DNA of 64,000 nucleotides from Bdellovibrionota bacterium (GTDB lineage: Bacteria > Bdellovibrionota_C > UBA2361 > JBIKWN01). The stretch spans positions 74,763 through 138,762 of the forward strand of contig JBIKWN010000002.1 in assembly GCA_044356295.1 (NCBI GenBank), read 5' to 3'. Below are positions 44,312 to 54,705 of the stretch, piece by piece (position 1 is the first letter of the stretch; every line of letters begins with the position of its first letter). Below the pieces are notes generated by a model that searched no databases, was not told where the DNA came from, and saw nothing but the letters and a program-made list of their open reading frames with translations. Position numbers and translations under genes: made by a program.

Positions 44312-45425
44312 TGAGTAATTTCCTATCTAAAATTGAATTCAACGTTTGTGAGTTTGTTACTCTTTTTACAATTTCACTTGCTATCTGATTGAGAGGAACA
44401 ATCGCATCTGCGATTCCAGCTTGTGCCACAAAGCCTGGCATTCCCCAAACGACACTCGTAGATTCATCTTGAACAATGACTGAACCGCCGGCCTCCTTGA
44501 TATGTTGACATCCTCTTAGTCCATCCTGCCCCATACCAGTAAGAATGACAGCAAGGACGCCCCCTCCGTAAATGGGCACAATCGACCGAAATAGCACATC
44601 AACTGCGGGACGACACGAATTTTCTTGTGGTTCTTGTTGCAGTACTGTAACAATATTTGTTCCACTTCGTTTTGCCTCTAAATGAAAATCACCGGGGGCA
44701 ATATATATCTCCCCTTTTGTAATTTTCATATTACTTGAAGCTTCAATAATATGAAGCTCAGATTGACCATCAAGCCGTTCCGCCAAAAGACGAGTAAACA
44801 TTGGTGGCATATGCTGGACGATCATTATAGGAACAGGAAAATCTTTTGGAAGAGCTGGAATAACTTCAGCAAGGGCATTGGGGCCCCCTGTTGATACCCC
44901 AATGACAACTATTTCGATTGGTGTCATTGAATGTTTCGGTTGGGCAAGCGAGACAGCATTTTGTTTAGGTAATGAAGATATTGTTACAGCCTGGGGTGTA
45001 AACTTTAATAGTCCAGATGATGGAACAAGGTTTTTAATTTTACTTATCAGTACTTCTTTTACTGCTTCTTTTGCATTGGTTACATTTCCAACATTAGCAG
45101 GCTTTGTAACATAATCTGAGGCACCACGACTTAATGCCTCCATTGTCGATTTTGCCCCTCGCTCTGTAAGCGTACTAAACATTATTATTGGAATTTTTGG
45201 ATAGTCTTTTCGGATTAGAGGTATTGTATCTAAGCCTGATAATTCAGGCATTTCAATATCTAGAGTAATAATATCAGGATTTACCTGAGGGATTTTTTGT
45301 AAGGCAATTTTACCATTTGCTGCAGTACCAACTACTTCAATCTGAGGATCGCTCGATAGAACATCGGTAAGAATTTTTCTAATAACAACGGCATCATCTA
45401 CAACAAGTACTCGAATCTTTGGCAT
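44304..45425 (-). CDS. cheB: Chemotaxis methylesterase CheB
   Basis: Receiver domain plus STGGP, QHMP and LTGMG.DG; likely start ATG 45425. Confidence 0.95.
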   Translation of the reverse strand: MPKIRVLVVDDAVVIRKILTDVLSSDPQIEVVGTAANGKIALQKIPQVNPDIITLDIEMPELSGLDTIPLIRKDYPKIPIIMFSTLTERGAKSTMEALSRGASDYVTKPANVGNVTNAKEAVKEVLISKIKNLVPSSGLLKFTPQAVTISSLPKQNAVSLAQPKHSMTPIEIVVIGVSTGGPNALAEVIPALPKDFPVPIMIVQHMPPMFTRLLAERLDGQSELHIIEASSNMKITKGEIYIAPGDFHLEAKRSGTNIVTVLQQEPQENSCRPAVDVLFRSIVPIYGGGVLAVILTGMGQDGLRGCQHIKEAGGSVIVQDESTSVVWGMPGFVAQAGIADAIVPLNQIASEIVKRVTNSQTLNSILDRKLLNA

Positions 45426-45426
45426 A

Positions 45427-45831
45427 CTATGATCCCTCTTGCCCAAAAGTTTCTTCGCTAGAGCTCAGAATCCCAATCATATGCAATTTTTCTTCTAGAA
45501 TTTCCTTTGTAAATGGTTTCATTATGTATTCATCGATTCCAGATTCTAATGCAATGGCAACTTGTTCCATCTCCATTTCAGTAGTAACCATAACTATTTT
45601 AACAGAACTGAATTGCTCACTGCTCCTTGTACGGCGAACAAATTCAATACCGTTCATGATCGGCATATTCCAATCGACAAGAACCAGTGCTGTATCAGTA
45701 TGTTGTGCTAATACTTCAAGCGCATGTTGACCATTACTTGCTTCAACAGTGGCGATACCTACACCAGCGAGTATTTTGCAAATAATACTTCTAATTGTTG
45801 ATGAATCGTCGATCACTAAAGCTTTAGTCAT
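45427..45831 (-). CDS. cheY: CheY-like response regulator
   Basis: VIDDS, VDWNMP, MVTT and KPF. Confidence 0.85.
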   Translation of the reverse strand: MTKALVIDDSSTIRSIICKILAGVGIATVEASNGQHALEVLAQHTDTALVLVDWNMPIMNGIEFVRRTRSSEQFSSVKIVMVTTEMEMEQVAIALESGIDEYIMKPFTKEILEEKLHMIGILSSSEETFGQEGS

Positions 45832-45845
45832 AAAAATCAATCTTA

Positions 45846-46238
45846 TTAGTTAGTAAGTTCATTTATTAAAGGATAAATACCTAATAAAGCTAATTTGTCC
45901 CTTAGTATGTCCGAAGTAAGAGGGAGCATAATGTATTCATCTATACCTTCATTGAGTGCTGTGATTACATATTCCATTTCATTTTGCGTCGTCACCATTA
46001 TTACTTTTAAGTCTGTCTGTTTTTTATCATTCCTTGCTGAACGAAGAAATTCAATTCCATTCATAGTCGGCATATTCCAATCTAAGAGAACTATTTCTAT
46101 GTCTTCATTTTTTACAAGTACGTTCAACGCATCGAGTCCATTTTCTGCTTGCATAGTTTCAAATCCAAAACGCTGAAGCATTTTAGCAATAACGACTCTT
46201 GTTACTGGTGAATCATCAACAACTAGGATCTTTTTCAT
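45846..46238 (-). CDS. cheY: CheY-like response regulator (conserved Lys replaced: MLPL)
   Basis: VVDDS, LDWNMP and MVTT; tandem paralog of 45427-45831. Confidence 0.8.
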   Translation of the reverse strand: MKKILVVDDSPVTRVVIAKMLQRFGFETMQAENGLDALNVLVKNEDIEIVLLDWNMPTMNGIEFLRSARNDKKQTDLKVIMVTTQNEMEYVITALNEGIDEYIMLPLTSDILRDKLALLGIYPLINELTN

Positions 46239-46268
46239 AATTCTTTTCTATTAGTACAATCTAAAGCC

Positions 46269-46298
46269 AAAAGAGAGACCCAAGAGTAGGTCTCTCTT
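46269..46298 (-). terminator. Intra-operon hairpin after the MCP gene
   Basis: aagagagacc/ggtctctctt stem with a short U-run. Confidence 0.55.
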
Positions 46299-46315
46299 CA
46301 ATAACATAATCATCT

Positions 46316-48034
46316 TTATTTTAATTGCTGAACAATATCTTGAAGACCTACTACCATTTTTGCTACTTCTTCAGCAGCGATTTTAGTATTTCTAGCACCA
46401 GACGTTGTATCCTGCGCCCCTCGAGCTACGCTAGAAATATTCTCAGCAATTTCATTACTTCCGCGAGCAGCTTCAGCAACGTTACGTGACATTTCATTTG
46501 TAGTAGCAGTTTGTTCTTCAACCGCACTCGCTATTGTATTAGAAATATCATTAACCTTAGATATGACTTCTCCAATTTCAGAAATAGCTCTGACTGTTCC
46601 CTGAGTATCGTTTTGAATTGCAGCAATTTTTTGCGATATCTCTTCGGTTGCCCGAGCAGTTTCTTTGGCAAGCTCTTTGACTTCATTTGCAACAACTGCA
46701 AACCCTTTTCCTGCTTCTCCTGCACGAGCTGCTTCGATAGTCGCGTTAAGCGCTAATAGGTTTGTTTGTTCAGCAATTGAATTAATCACTTTTATAACTT
46801 TACCAATCTCTATTGAGCTAACACCAAGCTTATCAACGATTTCTGAAGTTGATTTAGCAACCTTAACAGCATGACTCGCAACTTTTGCAGACTCTGCTGC
46901 ATTCGATGCAATCTCACGGATACTTGCACTCATCTCTTCAGTTCCAGTAGCAACCGTTTGCACGTTTTTACTCACTTCCTCGGCTGCTGCAGACACAACA
47001 TTTGCTTGGTTAGCAGTTTCATTTGCCAGATTACCCATTTGATCGCTTGTTGCAGTCAATTCTTGTGCACAAGATGCTAGTGTTTGTGATGTAACATCAA
47101 CATTCTTCATAGCCGCTTCAATTAACAAACGTCGCTGAACTTGTTCAGTGACGTCTGTTGCAATTTTGATAACCTTTGAGATACGTCCCATCTCATCTTT
47201 TACAGGCGCATATACTGCTTGGATCCAAATCTCTTTGCCATTCTTAGTGATACGCTTAAAGACATCTGATTTAGTGATTCCAGCATTTAAGTCACTCCAA
47301 AACTGTGCATACTCTGGTAAATTAGAGTATGAGGATTCAACAAACATTCGATGATGCTTACCTTTAATTTCCTCGAGACTATAGCCTAATGTTTTTTGGA
47401 AATTTGCATTCGCTTGAAGGACATTACCTTTAGTATCAAACTCAATATACGCATATGCCTCATCAATTGCCCCCAAGATTCCTTTCATATTCTGGCGTTC
47501 AATCTCAGCATCAGTAATATCGTATCGAACACCAAGATATTTTCTTGGTTTTCCATTTTCTCCAAGTACTGGTGCAATTACAGCATCAACATAATATGGG
47601 GTGCCATCTTTCTTACGATTTTTAATAATACCACGGAACATCTTTCCTCGACCAATAGTCTGCCAAAGCTCTTTAAATACTTCTTTGGGCATATCGGGGT
47701 GACGAGTAGTACTGTGTGGCTGACCAATTAGTTCTTCTTTGCTATACTGAGAAATCTCACAGAATTTTTCGTTTATTGATACGATATCACCTTTCAAATC
47801 AGCTTCTGAAACAATACTTGTAAGGTTTGTAATCTGAGCTCTAACTCGAAGTTCTTCGAGCTCAAGTTCTTGTTCAGCAAGCTTATTTTTCAACTCTGCT
47901 ATTAAATTTTCTGACTTCGTCTCAAGTAAATCTTGTTCAATATCGAGAGCATCATTTTCAATGATCTCAGTATGCTGACCTTTACCATTAGTATGCTTAT
48001 CCATTTTACCTGTCCCTTTATTTAAATTATCCAT
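46316..48034 (-). CDS. Soluble methyl-accepting chemotaxis protein with two PAS domains
   Basis: Two PAS/PAC units, no TM segment, [30 protein letters not shown] hairpin. Confidence 0.93.
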   Translation of the reverse strand: MDNLNKGTGKMDKHTNGKGQHTEIIENDALDIEQDLLETKSENLIAELKNKLAEQELELEELRVRAQITNLTSIVSEADLKGDIVSINEKFCEISQYSKEELIGQPHSTTRHPDMPKEVFKELWQTIGRGKMFRGIIKNRKKDGTPYYVDAVIAPVLGENGKPRKYLGVRYDITDAEIERQNMKGILGAIDEAYAYIEFDTKGNVLQANANFQKTLGYSLEEIKGKHHRMFVESSYSNLPEYAQFWSDLNAGITKSDVFKRITKNGKEIWIQAVYAPVKDEMGRISKVIKIATDVTEQVQRRLLIEAAMKNVDVTSQTLASCAQELTATSDQMGNLANETANQANVVSAAAEEVSKNVQTVATGTEEMSASIREIASNAAESAKVASHAVKVAKSTSEIVDKLGVSSIEIGKVIKVINSIAEQTNLLALNATIEAARAGEAGKGFAVVANEVKELAKETARATEEISQKIAAIQNDTQGTVRAISEIGEVISKVNDISNTIASAVEEQTATTNEMSRNVAEAARGSNEIAENISSVARGAQDTTSGARNTKIAAEEVAKMVVGLQDIVQQLK

Positions 48035-48049
48035 GTCAAACCCCTAAAA

Positions 48050-48505
48050 TTAATTTTTACTCTCTATACAAGCCTTTGCATTCAGTACTAACAATAGTTC
48101 CTCTTTCAATTTGAACACTCCATCCAGTATCCCTCTGATGTGAGCTTTTACAGTTTCAGGAGTTAGTTCAAAATCATCTTTCTTTGTTTCAATAACATCG
48201 CCAATCGAATCCACAAGGAGGCTGATGGTCTCTTCCCCAGTATGAACAATAACATTCATCGGTTTGTTCTCATTTGATTCTGTTTCAACTTTTAAAAGTG
48301 TTCGAAGATCTAAGGCTGCCATTATCTGTCCACGAAGATTGATGAGTCCTTTAACTGCGGGTGGAGCAAGCGGAACAGGAGTCATCGCTTGATAACGAAT
48401 TATTTCTTGTACTTGAAGGACATCTACTCCAAAGAGAAGTCCACCAGCTCGAAAAGTAACAAATTGTGATGCGAGTGGATTATTATTTTGTATAACTTTT
48501 TCCAT
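48050..48505 (-). CDS. cheW: Chemotaxis protein CheW
   Basis: VQEII, VPLAP..VKGLINLRG and LLVDSIGDV. Confidence 0.93.
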   Translation of the reverse strand: MEKVIQNNNPLASQFVTFRAGGLLFGVDVLQVQEIIRYQAMTPVPLAPPAVKGLINLRGQIMAALDLRTLLKVETESNENKPMNVIVHTGEETISLLVDSIGDVIETKKDDFELTPETVKAHIRGILDGVFKLKEELLLVLNAKACIESKN

Positions 48506-50862
48506 TAGTGAGCCTCCTCAAGTGACGTCAGTTGAGTAGTAAACAGTTCTTGCGATCTTAGAATTGCTTGTAAATCCAATAAATCTGTTACCTTTCCTTG
48601 AATTACTCCTGAACCAATCAAACCAGTTTTTTGATATGGAGTTTCAACTTTAACTATCTGTTCAACGATATCGACAATACGCTCGACAATAAATCCAACG
48701 AATTGACCTCCACAACAGTATACAAAAGTATGTATCTTATTAGTGTCATCACTATCGATACGTCCATAGAAAGCTCTTAAATCCACAAGGGGAAGGATTC
48801 CATCACGATATTGCACAACAAGATGATCTCCTGCTTGTTCAAGATTTTCTAAATAAAATTCCTCTAAACGATATACATTTTCAAGAGGAACGGCAGCGCG
48901 TTTATTCTGTGCAAGTTCAAAGACAAACATTTTTGCTTGCTCTTGACCTGAGATATTCTCAACAGTTGTTTGTTGCAAACGAGACATGGTTTCTTGTTTA
49001 GCAATTTGAGCTTTACGGGCAAGCCCTACAACATCAAGAATAAGAGCAACTTGCCCATCACCCATGATTGTTGCACCGGCAAAGGTAGGGATGGTTTTTA
49101 GTAACCGTCCCAGTGGTTTTACTACAATTTCCTCAGTATCGTGAATTGCATCGACAACAAGACCAAATTGATGATTGTCTGCTCTAACAACAACGATACT
49201 TAGTATTCCTGATTTTTTAAAAAACGTTTGTGGATCTGAATCCGAACCTGTTATTTCAAACTGCTCATTGAGATATACTAATGGTAAAATTTTACCGCGA
49301 AGACGATAAAAATCAGATCCTTGGATTCTTTCAATTGATTTTTCAAGCTGCTCACCTTCGAGCCTTACCAATTCAAGTAAATTTACTTGTGGTATTGCAT
49401 AGCGATTTCCGTTTGTAGTGACAATCAATCCTGGGATAATTGCTAACGTTAGAGGGATTTTAATAGTAAATTTTGTCCCTTTTCCAACATTACTAGAAAC
49501 ATCAACAGCGCCTCCAATTCGTTCTATATTCGCACGAACAACATCCATTCCAACACCGCGTCCTGAAATGTTTGTAATTTTTTCAGCTGTACTAAATCCT
49601 GGTAAAAAAATGAGGCGGTGCACTTCAGCCTCAGTCATTTGCGAGGCTTTTTCTGCACTAATAAGACCTTTTTCTAATGCTTTTTCTTTAATGCGTGTAG
49701 TATTAAGTCCAGCGCCATCATCAGAAATTTCGATTACTACCTGCCCCCCTTCATGAAAAGCGTGCATAACAAGAGTGCCCTCTTCGTTTTTGAGTGCAGC
49801 TTTTCTACGTTCAGGCGTCTCAATTCCATGATCAACCGAGTTACGAATGATATGTGTCAGTGGATCTTTAATTGCTTCAATAATAGTTTTATCGAGCTCG
49901 GTTTGTTTACCTTGCATTTCAAGAAGGACTTTCTTGCCGCAGGTATGAGACATATCTCGAACCACTCGAGGCAACTTATCCCATACAGTTGAAATAGGTT
50001 GCATGCGCGTCCTCATCACACCATCTTGTAATTCAGATGTAATCAGATTTAATCGTTGAGATGTACTGGCAAACTCAACGTCATTTTGTTTTTTAGTAAA
50101 TTGAAGAATTTGATTTCGTGCTAAAACAAGCTCGCCTACAAGATTCATTAACTTATCTAGAATTGTTACGTCAACACGCAAACTAGTATCTGCAAGTTCA
50201 CTTTTTTTATTTTGATTTTCTTTAGCTTCTAGAGGAGTAGTAAGTTCATCTTTATCTTTCATTAAAGTCTCTTGCGATTCTTTTGTCTTTAATGAAGTTT
50301 GCATTGGTTGTATCTCTAATTCATTTTTTAAAGCAAAAAATAGCTTTTCTAAATCTTCTTCGGATTCTTCACTTTTATCCTCTGGGATATTGTTAGGCAG
50401 TTCGTCTACTACTTCACTTAAGTTAATTATAACTTCCGAAGATTTATCGGATGTCTTTTGATGCGTACCACGATTCGGCTTGTCATTCAGTGTTGTAAGC
50501 ACTGAAATGATCTTAGAATAATCACCATCACCTTCATTTCCAGTCTGTTCAATGGAAGATAATAATTCCCGTAATATGTCTGTAAGTTGTAAAAGTGCTG
50601 TAATTATTTCTTCGGTAACGATAACTTCTTCACTTCTCAGTGAATCAAGTAGATTCTCACCAACATGACTGACTTTTTCTAATTTAGAAAAATCAAAAAA
50701 ACCACAGGTACCTTTGACCGTATGTATAATGCGGAAGATTTTATTTATCGTCTCCAAATTAGAAGGATCTGATTCAAGAGCAAGTAGCTCTCGATCGAGT
50801 TGCTCGAGATTTTCAAAACTCTCGACTAAGAACTCTTTGACTGTCTCATCTAATTCTGACAT
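48505..50862 (-). CDS. cheA: Chemotaxis histidine kinase CheA with an extra C-terminal CheW domain
   Basis: HTVKG Hpt, HIIRNSVDHG, GFSTA and SGRGVGMDVV; two CheW-like domains. Confidence 0.95.
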   Translation of the reverse strand: MSELDETVKEFLVESFENLEQLDRELLALESDPSNLETINKIFRIIHTVKGTCGFFDFSKLEKVSHVGENLLDSLRSEEVIVTEEIITALLQLTDILRELLSSIEQTGNEGDGDYSKIISVLTTLNDKPNRGTHQKTSDKSSEVIINLSEVVDELPNNIPEDKSEESEEDLEKLFFALKNELEIQPMQTSLKTKESQETLMKDKDELTTPLEAKENQNKKSELADTSLRVDVTILDKLMNLVGELVLARNQILQFTKKQNDVEFASTSQRLNLITSELQDGVMRTRMQPISTVWDKLPRVVRDMSHTCGKKVLLEMQGKQTELDKTIIEAIKDPLTHIIRNSVDHGIETPERRKAALKNEEGTLVMHAFHEGGQVVIEISDDGAGLNTTRIKEKALEKGLISAEKASQMTEAEVHRLIFLPGFSTAEKITNISGRGVGMDVVRANIERIGGAVDVSSNVGKGTKFTIKIPLTLAIIPGLIVTTNGNRYAIPQVNLLELVRLEGEQLEKSIERIQGSDFYRLRGKILPLVYLNEQFEITGSDSDPQTFFKKSGILSIVVVRADNHQFGLVVDAIHDTEEIVVKPLGRLLKTIPTFAGATIMGDGQVALILDVVGLARKAQIAKQETMSRLQQTTVENISGQEQAKMFVFELAQNKRAAVPLENVYRLEEFYLENLEQAGDHLVVQYRDGILPLVDLRAFYGRIDSDDTNKIHTFVYCCGGQFVGFIVERIVDIVEQIVKVETPYQKTGLIGSGVIQGKVTDLLDLQAILRSQELFTTQLTSLEEAH

Positions 50863-51091
50863 AGCTTTTTTCTTATTACGGGTAAAAAAGTATCCTTCAC
50901 AGCACTTTTTTAGATGTGTATGTTCAACATTTCACTTCCAAATTTGATGTCGTTAGTTTTCGCTGAAGACTAAAGAAAAAAATCTCTTGAACTTGTAGGA
51001 AAATCCTTACAGCGTCCTAACCTAATTATTTTTGATTTGAGCTAAAAAAAACGGCAGTGTGTAGCTTACTAGCTCTAAGAGGTTTAAAAAT

Positions 51092-51751
51092 TTATTTAAT
51101 AAGATTATTTAATAAAGCAAATTTTACTAAACTAGCGTTAGAATCAAGTTTTAATTTTTCTAAAATTCTTGCTCTATAAGTACTTACTGTTTTTGCACTA
51201 ATTGATAATTCTGCTGCTATTTCCTTTAAAGCAGTTCCTTTTGCCAAGCAGAAAAATATAACGCGCTCTTTAGGTGAAAGGTTCGATATACAGGAAGAGA
51301 AAAGTTCCGGCTGAGATAACTTATTAATAAGCAATGGTGAGATACAACAATGCTCAGAAAGAGTAGCCTCTAAGGTTTGAATAAGTGTTTTTGCATGAAT
51401 TCCTTCCTGTATGCATATTGTTGCTCCCGCTTCTAATGCTTGGCTTGTATAAGGTTCTTCTTCAGCCGAACGAAAGGCTATAATAGGTACATGGGGCTGT
51501 ATTTCCCTTATCTTGCGTATAGTTTGAATCCCATTTTCTTGGTCTCGAAATAACCCTACAAGTAAGATTGAAAAAGTATTTTCTTTAAGCTTTTCAAACC
51601 CTGTATCGGCAGATGCACAATCAACAGTATGAGACTCTAAAAAATGTGAGCTGAGAATCTGTTTGATTCCTATGCGGAAAAGCTCAAAAGTATCTATAAC
51701 AAGAAATGAAAATGTTTCGATTTCTGGAGCCTTAAAAATAGAATTGTTAAT
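51092..51751 (-). CDS. NarL/LuxR-type regulator with pseudo-receiver; no canonical start (non-canonical start or pseudogene)
   Basis: The LuxR HTH frame (LSPKER...KEIAAELSISAKTVSTYRARI) stays open for 139 more codons upstream, encoding a receiver-like FLVIDTFELFRIGIKQIL...ALEAGA with no ATG/GTG/TTG. Confidence 0.7.
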   Translation of the reverse strand: MNNSIFKAPEIETFSFLVIDTFELFRIGIKQILSSHFLESHTVDCASADTGFEKLKENTFSILLVGLFRDQENGIQTIRKIREIQPHVPIIAFRSAEEEPYTSQALEAGATICIQEGIHAKTLIQTLEATLSEHCCISPLLINKLSQPELFSSCISNLSPKERVIFFCLAKGTALKEIAAELSISAKTVSTYRARILEKLKLDSNASLVKFALLNNLIK

Positions 51752-51974
51752 TCAAATGGTTAGACAGGTGGAGAATCTCTGGGATCAACTTACTCCCATT
51801 ATTCAATCGAATCAACAAATATAAATATGATCATTAAGGATACTCTAGGAACTTACTATTTACTCAAAGACAACACGCGATCAATCTGAACACGAATCTC
51901 TCTCTAATAGTACCAACTAAAGAAGCTAGCTGCACTGAGGAAGCTTAAGTAATTATTTTTTATCATATAATTCT

Positions 51975-52541
51975 CTATGACAGATTGTTTTGTAGTTTCT
52001 TTTTCCAAGCATAAAAACCCCATACAGAAAAGCACAGTAAGAAAAAAAATTGTACGGATGTCAGTGGTAATCCCTTACTCCAAAATAATGGAATTGAAAT
52101 CATATTTACAACAAGCCAACAGATCCAATGCTCAATTCGTCTTTGATTCATTAGTATCATTCCAATGACTGAAAAACCTGTCACAACTGAATCAGTAAAT
52201 GCCACAGTACTATTTGTATAATACGATAAAATTAGCCAAACAATTCCAATACTACCAATTAAAAAAAGACAAAATTTAATTCGCTGCGCTGCAGATAAAG
52301 TACCTATGGAAACATGCTGGCTGTCATCAGCGTTTTGATACCAAGCAATCCACCCTGAAATAGACAAAAATCCAAAAAAAATGTTTACCGTCATATCTCC
52401 GTATAAGCCTCCTTGAAAGCAAAGCCATACATATAACAGCACACTAATAAGTCCAATAGGATAGGTATAGACATGCCGTTGAATCGAGAAAAGAACACTT
52501 CCTATTCCAGTAATAACAGCAATCAATTCAAGTGGATTCAC
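51975..52541 (-). CDS. pnuC: Nicotinamide riboside transporter PnuC family
   Basis: ELIAVITG, GLYGD, DS.VT..S and RRIEHW..W; hydrophobic. Confidence 0.85.
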   Translation of the reverse strand: MNPLELIAVITGIGSVLFSIQRHVYTYPIGLISVLLYVWLCFQGGLYGDMTVNIFFGFLSISGWIAWYQNADDSQHVSIGTLSAAQRIKFCLFLIGSIGIVWLILSYYTNSTVAFTDSVVTGFSVIGMILMNQRRIEHWICWLVVNMISIPLFWSKGLPLTSVQFFFLLCFSVWGFYAWKKKLQNNLS

Positions 52542-52585
52542 CTACTCAGTATAGTATGAATAAGTGCTTACTTCGATAGGACCCT

Positions 52586-53167
52586 TTAATCAGCCTCAAT
52601 AGTCATACAAAGATTGGTAGTAAGAATTCGAAGAGCTTTTTTAACCTCGCCAAACATATTGCCAAGATACTCTCCATTGTCTTTTGATATTTGACCCTTT
52701 TCATCAATGTAAGCTTGTAATGCTGAACATAGGTCTTCTGAAAGGTTAGCAACCTGAACTGCCCATTGTTTTCGAGTAATATCTAACTCTTGTTCAACAG
52801 GTGCATAAAATGCAAAGTCAGATCCTATTCGAATTGCTTCTCGAGCAGCTCCAAGACATCCAGTCGCATCAGTTTTTTCTGATACAGAATCACGCAGTCC
52901 CATCCGAGATTTTGGAAGTTTATTAATCTTTTCTTCTAATGCTGTTACGGAAAAAAAGAGTTCAAGCGAAACATCTCTTAACGCTAATGGTGAAATTGTA
53001 TTCTGTTGATGAAGTTCTTCATTTGAGAGGTTGATTGTACTAGAATCTATACTACCAACACTCTTATTATTAGGTGTACTAATTTGAGCCGTTAGAAAAG
53101 CTTCGAGGGAGTTTTTTCTGAGCACTGTCGAACGCTTGTTAGTTTTATAATTTTCAATCTCTTCCAT
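52586..53167 (-). CDS. Hypothetical protein
   Basis: 193-aa ORF with GGAGAGG SD; no recognisable motif. Confidence 0.6.
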   Translation of the reverse strand: MEEIENYKTNKRSTVLRKNSLEAFLTAQISTPNNKSVGSIDSSTINLSNEELHQQNTISPLALRDVSLELFFSVTALEEKINKLPKSRMGLRDSVSEKTDATGCLGAAREAIRIGSDFAFYAPVEQELDITRKQWAVQVANLSEDLCSALQAYIDEKGQISKDNGEYLGNMFGEVKKALRILTTNLCMTIEAD

Positions 53168-53209
53168 ATCCTCTCCCTTAACATAACTTAGAACTGCTAA
53201 TTAAGATTC

Positions 53210-53237
53210 TATTCGGAGGATTATCGATTGCCGTTGA
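53210..53237 (-). promoter_or_regulatory. Putative sigma28 promoter
   Basis: TCAA-N16-TCCGAATA upstream of 52586-53167. Confidence 0.4.
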
Positions 53238-53457
53238 GAATGACCATTCTTCGAATTTCTTGTGCAATAAATCGCACAAACGAGACGACTATTCTTGGCT
53301 TTTGAAGCATAGTGCTGGGATTTGTTGAAAAAAATACTTTCATTGAATGAAGTATAAATTGATACAGTAATATTTTTTATATTTGCGTATTTTACAGTTG
53401 GAAAAACCCATCCTTGCGTTTATTCCAACTGCGAATACGACTTTTATGCAAAGCTAA

Positions 53458-53625
53458 TTAAGCTTCAACATCAACCTTAGAATCAGATCTTCTTGATTCT
53501 TGTGGTTGTTCCTCTTCTACTTTTTTCTCTTGGGGCTCTTGCTCTTCAGGCTGACGTTTACGTCTAGTCGACTCTGCCTGAGTCTTCTCGTAGAGAGACG
53601 CTTCTTGGACTTTATCTATACTCAT
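53458..53625 (-). CDS. Small charged hypothetical protein (55 aa)
   Basis: Strong SD AAGGAGG 5 nt before ATG 53625; ends KVDVEA. Confidence 0.65.
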   Translation of the reverse strand: MSIDKVQEASLYEKTQAESTRRKRQPEEQEPQEKKVEEEQPQESRRSDSKVDVEA

Positions 53626-53687
53626 GTTTGCCTCCTTGGCTAACAAATTAATGCTGAAGAAAGAGAACCTTTCCTCACATGTAAATC

Positions 53688-53715
53688 AGTTCGTCTGTTG
53701 TTAGCGCTTGCTTTA
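53688..53715 (-). promoter_or_regulatory. Putative sigma28 promoter
   Basis: TAAA-N16-GACGAACT upstream of the 55-aa ORF. Confidence 0.4.
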
Positions 53716-53822
53716 TAAATGGGAGCTAATTTAATCTAGCAACAATATTTTTATTAAAACTTCTATAAAAGTAGGGTTTTAACTGTATAATCTTATCTAC
53801 GAAATTTTCGGAGTTTTTATTT

Positions 53823-54209
53823 ATGTCCTCTATTTCATTCATTTCAGATATTGAAAATGCACCTAAGGCTGTTGGCCCCTATTCAATCGCTGCAAAAGTT
53901 CCTGGATTTTTATTTTTATCTGGTCAAATTCCATTGGATCCACAAACTGGAAAACTTTTAGAGGGTGGTATTGAGGCTCAAACAATTCAAGTAACAAAAA
54001 ATATTGATGCTGTTTTAAAGGGCTGTAATAGTTCAAAACAAAAAATTATTAAAGTTACAATTTTTCTGACGGACCTGAAAAACTTTCAAGCAGTTAATAC
54101 GCTTTATTCTGAATGGCTTCAGGATCATAAACCTGCACGTTCTACTATTCAGGTAGCAGCTTTACCACTTGGCTCTGAAGTAGAAATCGAGTGTATCGTT
54201 GCTGAGTAG
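53823..54209 (+). CDS. ridA: RidA/YjgF family deaminase
   Basis: APKAVGPYS, FLSGQIP, PARS and VEIE. Confidence 0.92.
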   Translation: MSSISFISDIENAPKAVGPYSIAAKVPGFLFLSGQIPLDPQTGKLLEGGIEAQTIQVTKNIDAVLKGCNSSKQKIIKVTIFLTDLKNFQAVNTLYSEWLQDHKPARSTIQVAALPLGSEVEIECIVAE

Positions 54210-54684
54210 TTTTCTTCTTTGGATTATTTCATTATGCCTCGTCGCGACGGGGCTGTTTGGCATTTTATTTCCTGCATTACCCGGTGCTCCGCTTATTTTT
54301 CTAGGATTAGTGTTGGCGTCATGGATTGATAACTTTGAACGCGTTGGGAGCTTTTTAATAATTATATTGGGCGTCTTAACATTTATAACTTTTGTTATAG
54401 ATATTTTTTCGTCAATTCTAGGAGCTAAAAAATTTGGAGCGAGTAAAGCAGCGCTATGGGGTGCAGCAATTGGAGGTATACTTGGAATTTTTGGAGGAAT
54501 TCTTGGAATTTTCTTAGGCCCTTTAATTGGCGCAGCAATTGGAGAATTTTTAACCTATAAAAATCTATATCGTGCTGGGCAAATTGGATTAGTGACAGGT
54601 ATTGCAACTGTTGTTGGAGCTATTTTAAAAATAGGGATCGGAATATCGATGATTGTTTTATTTTTGATGTCCTATTTTCTCTGA
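54199..54684 (+). CDS. DUF456 family membrane protein
   Basis: PALPGAPLI, GAKKFGASK and GPLIGAAIGE. Confidence 0.85.
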   Translation: MLSSFLLWIISLCLVATGLFGILFPALPGAPLIFLGLVLASWIDNFERVGSFLIIILGVLTFITFVIDIFSSILGAKKFGASKAALWGAAIGGILGIFGGILGIFLGPLIGAAIGEFLTYKNLYRAGQIGLVTGIATVVGAILKIGIGISMIVLFLMSYFL

Positions 54685-54705
54685 TCGCTGCCATTATGCA
54701 CGAAA

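Noticed and set aside
50947..50975. Possible sigma28 promoter upstream of cheA (TTTA-N16-AACGACAT)
   Set aside because: Match too weak in AT-rich DNA.
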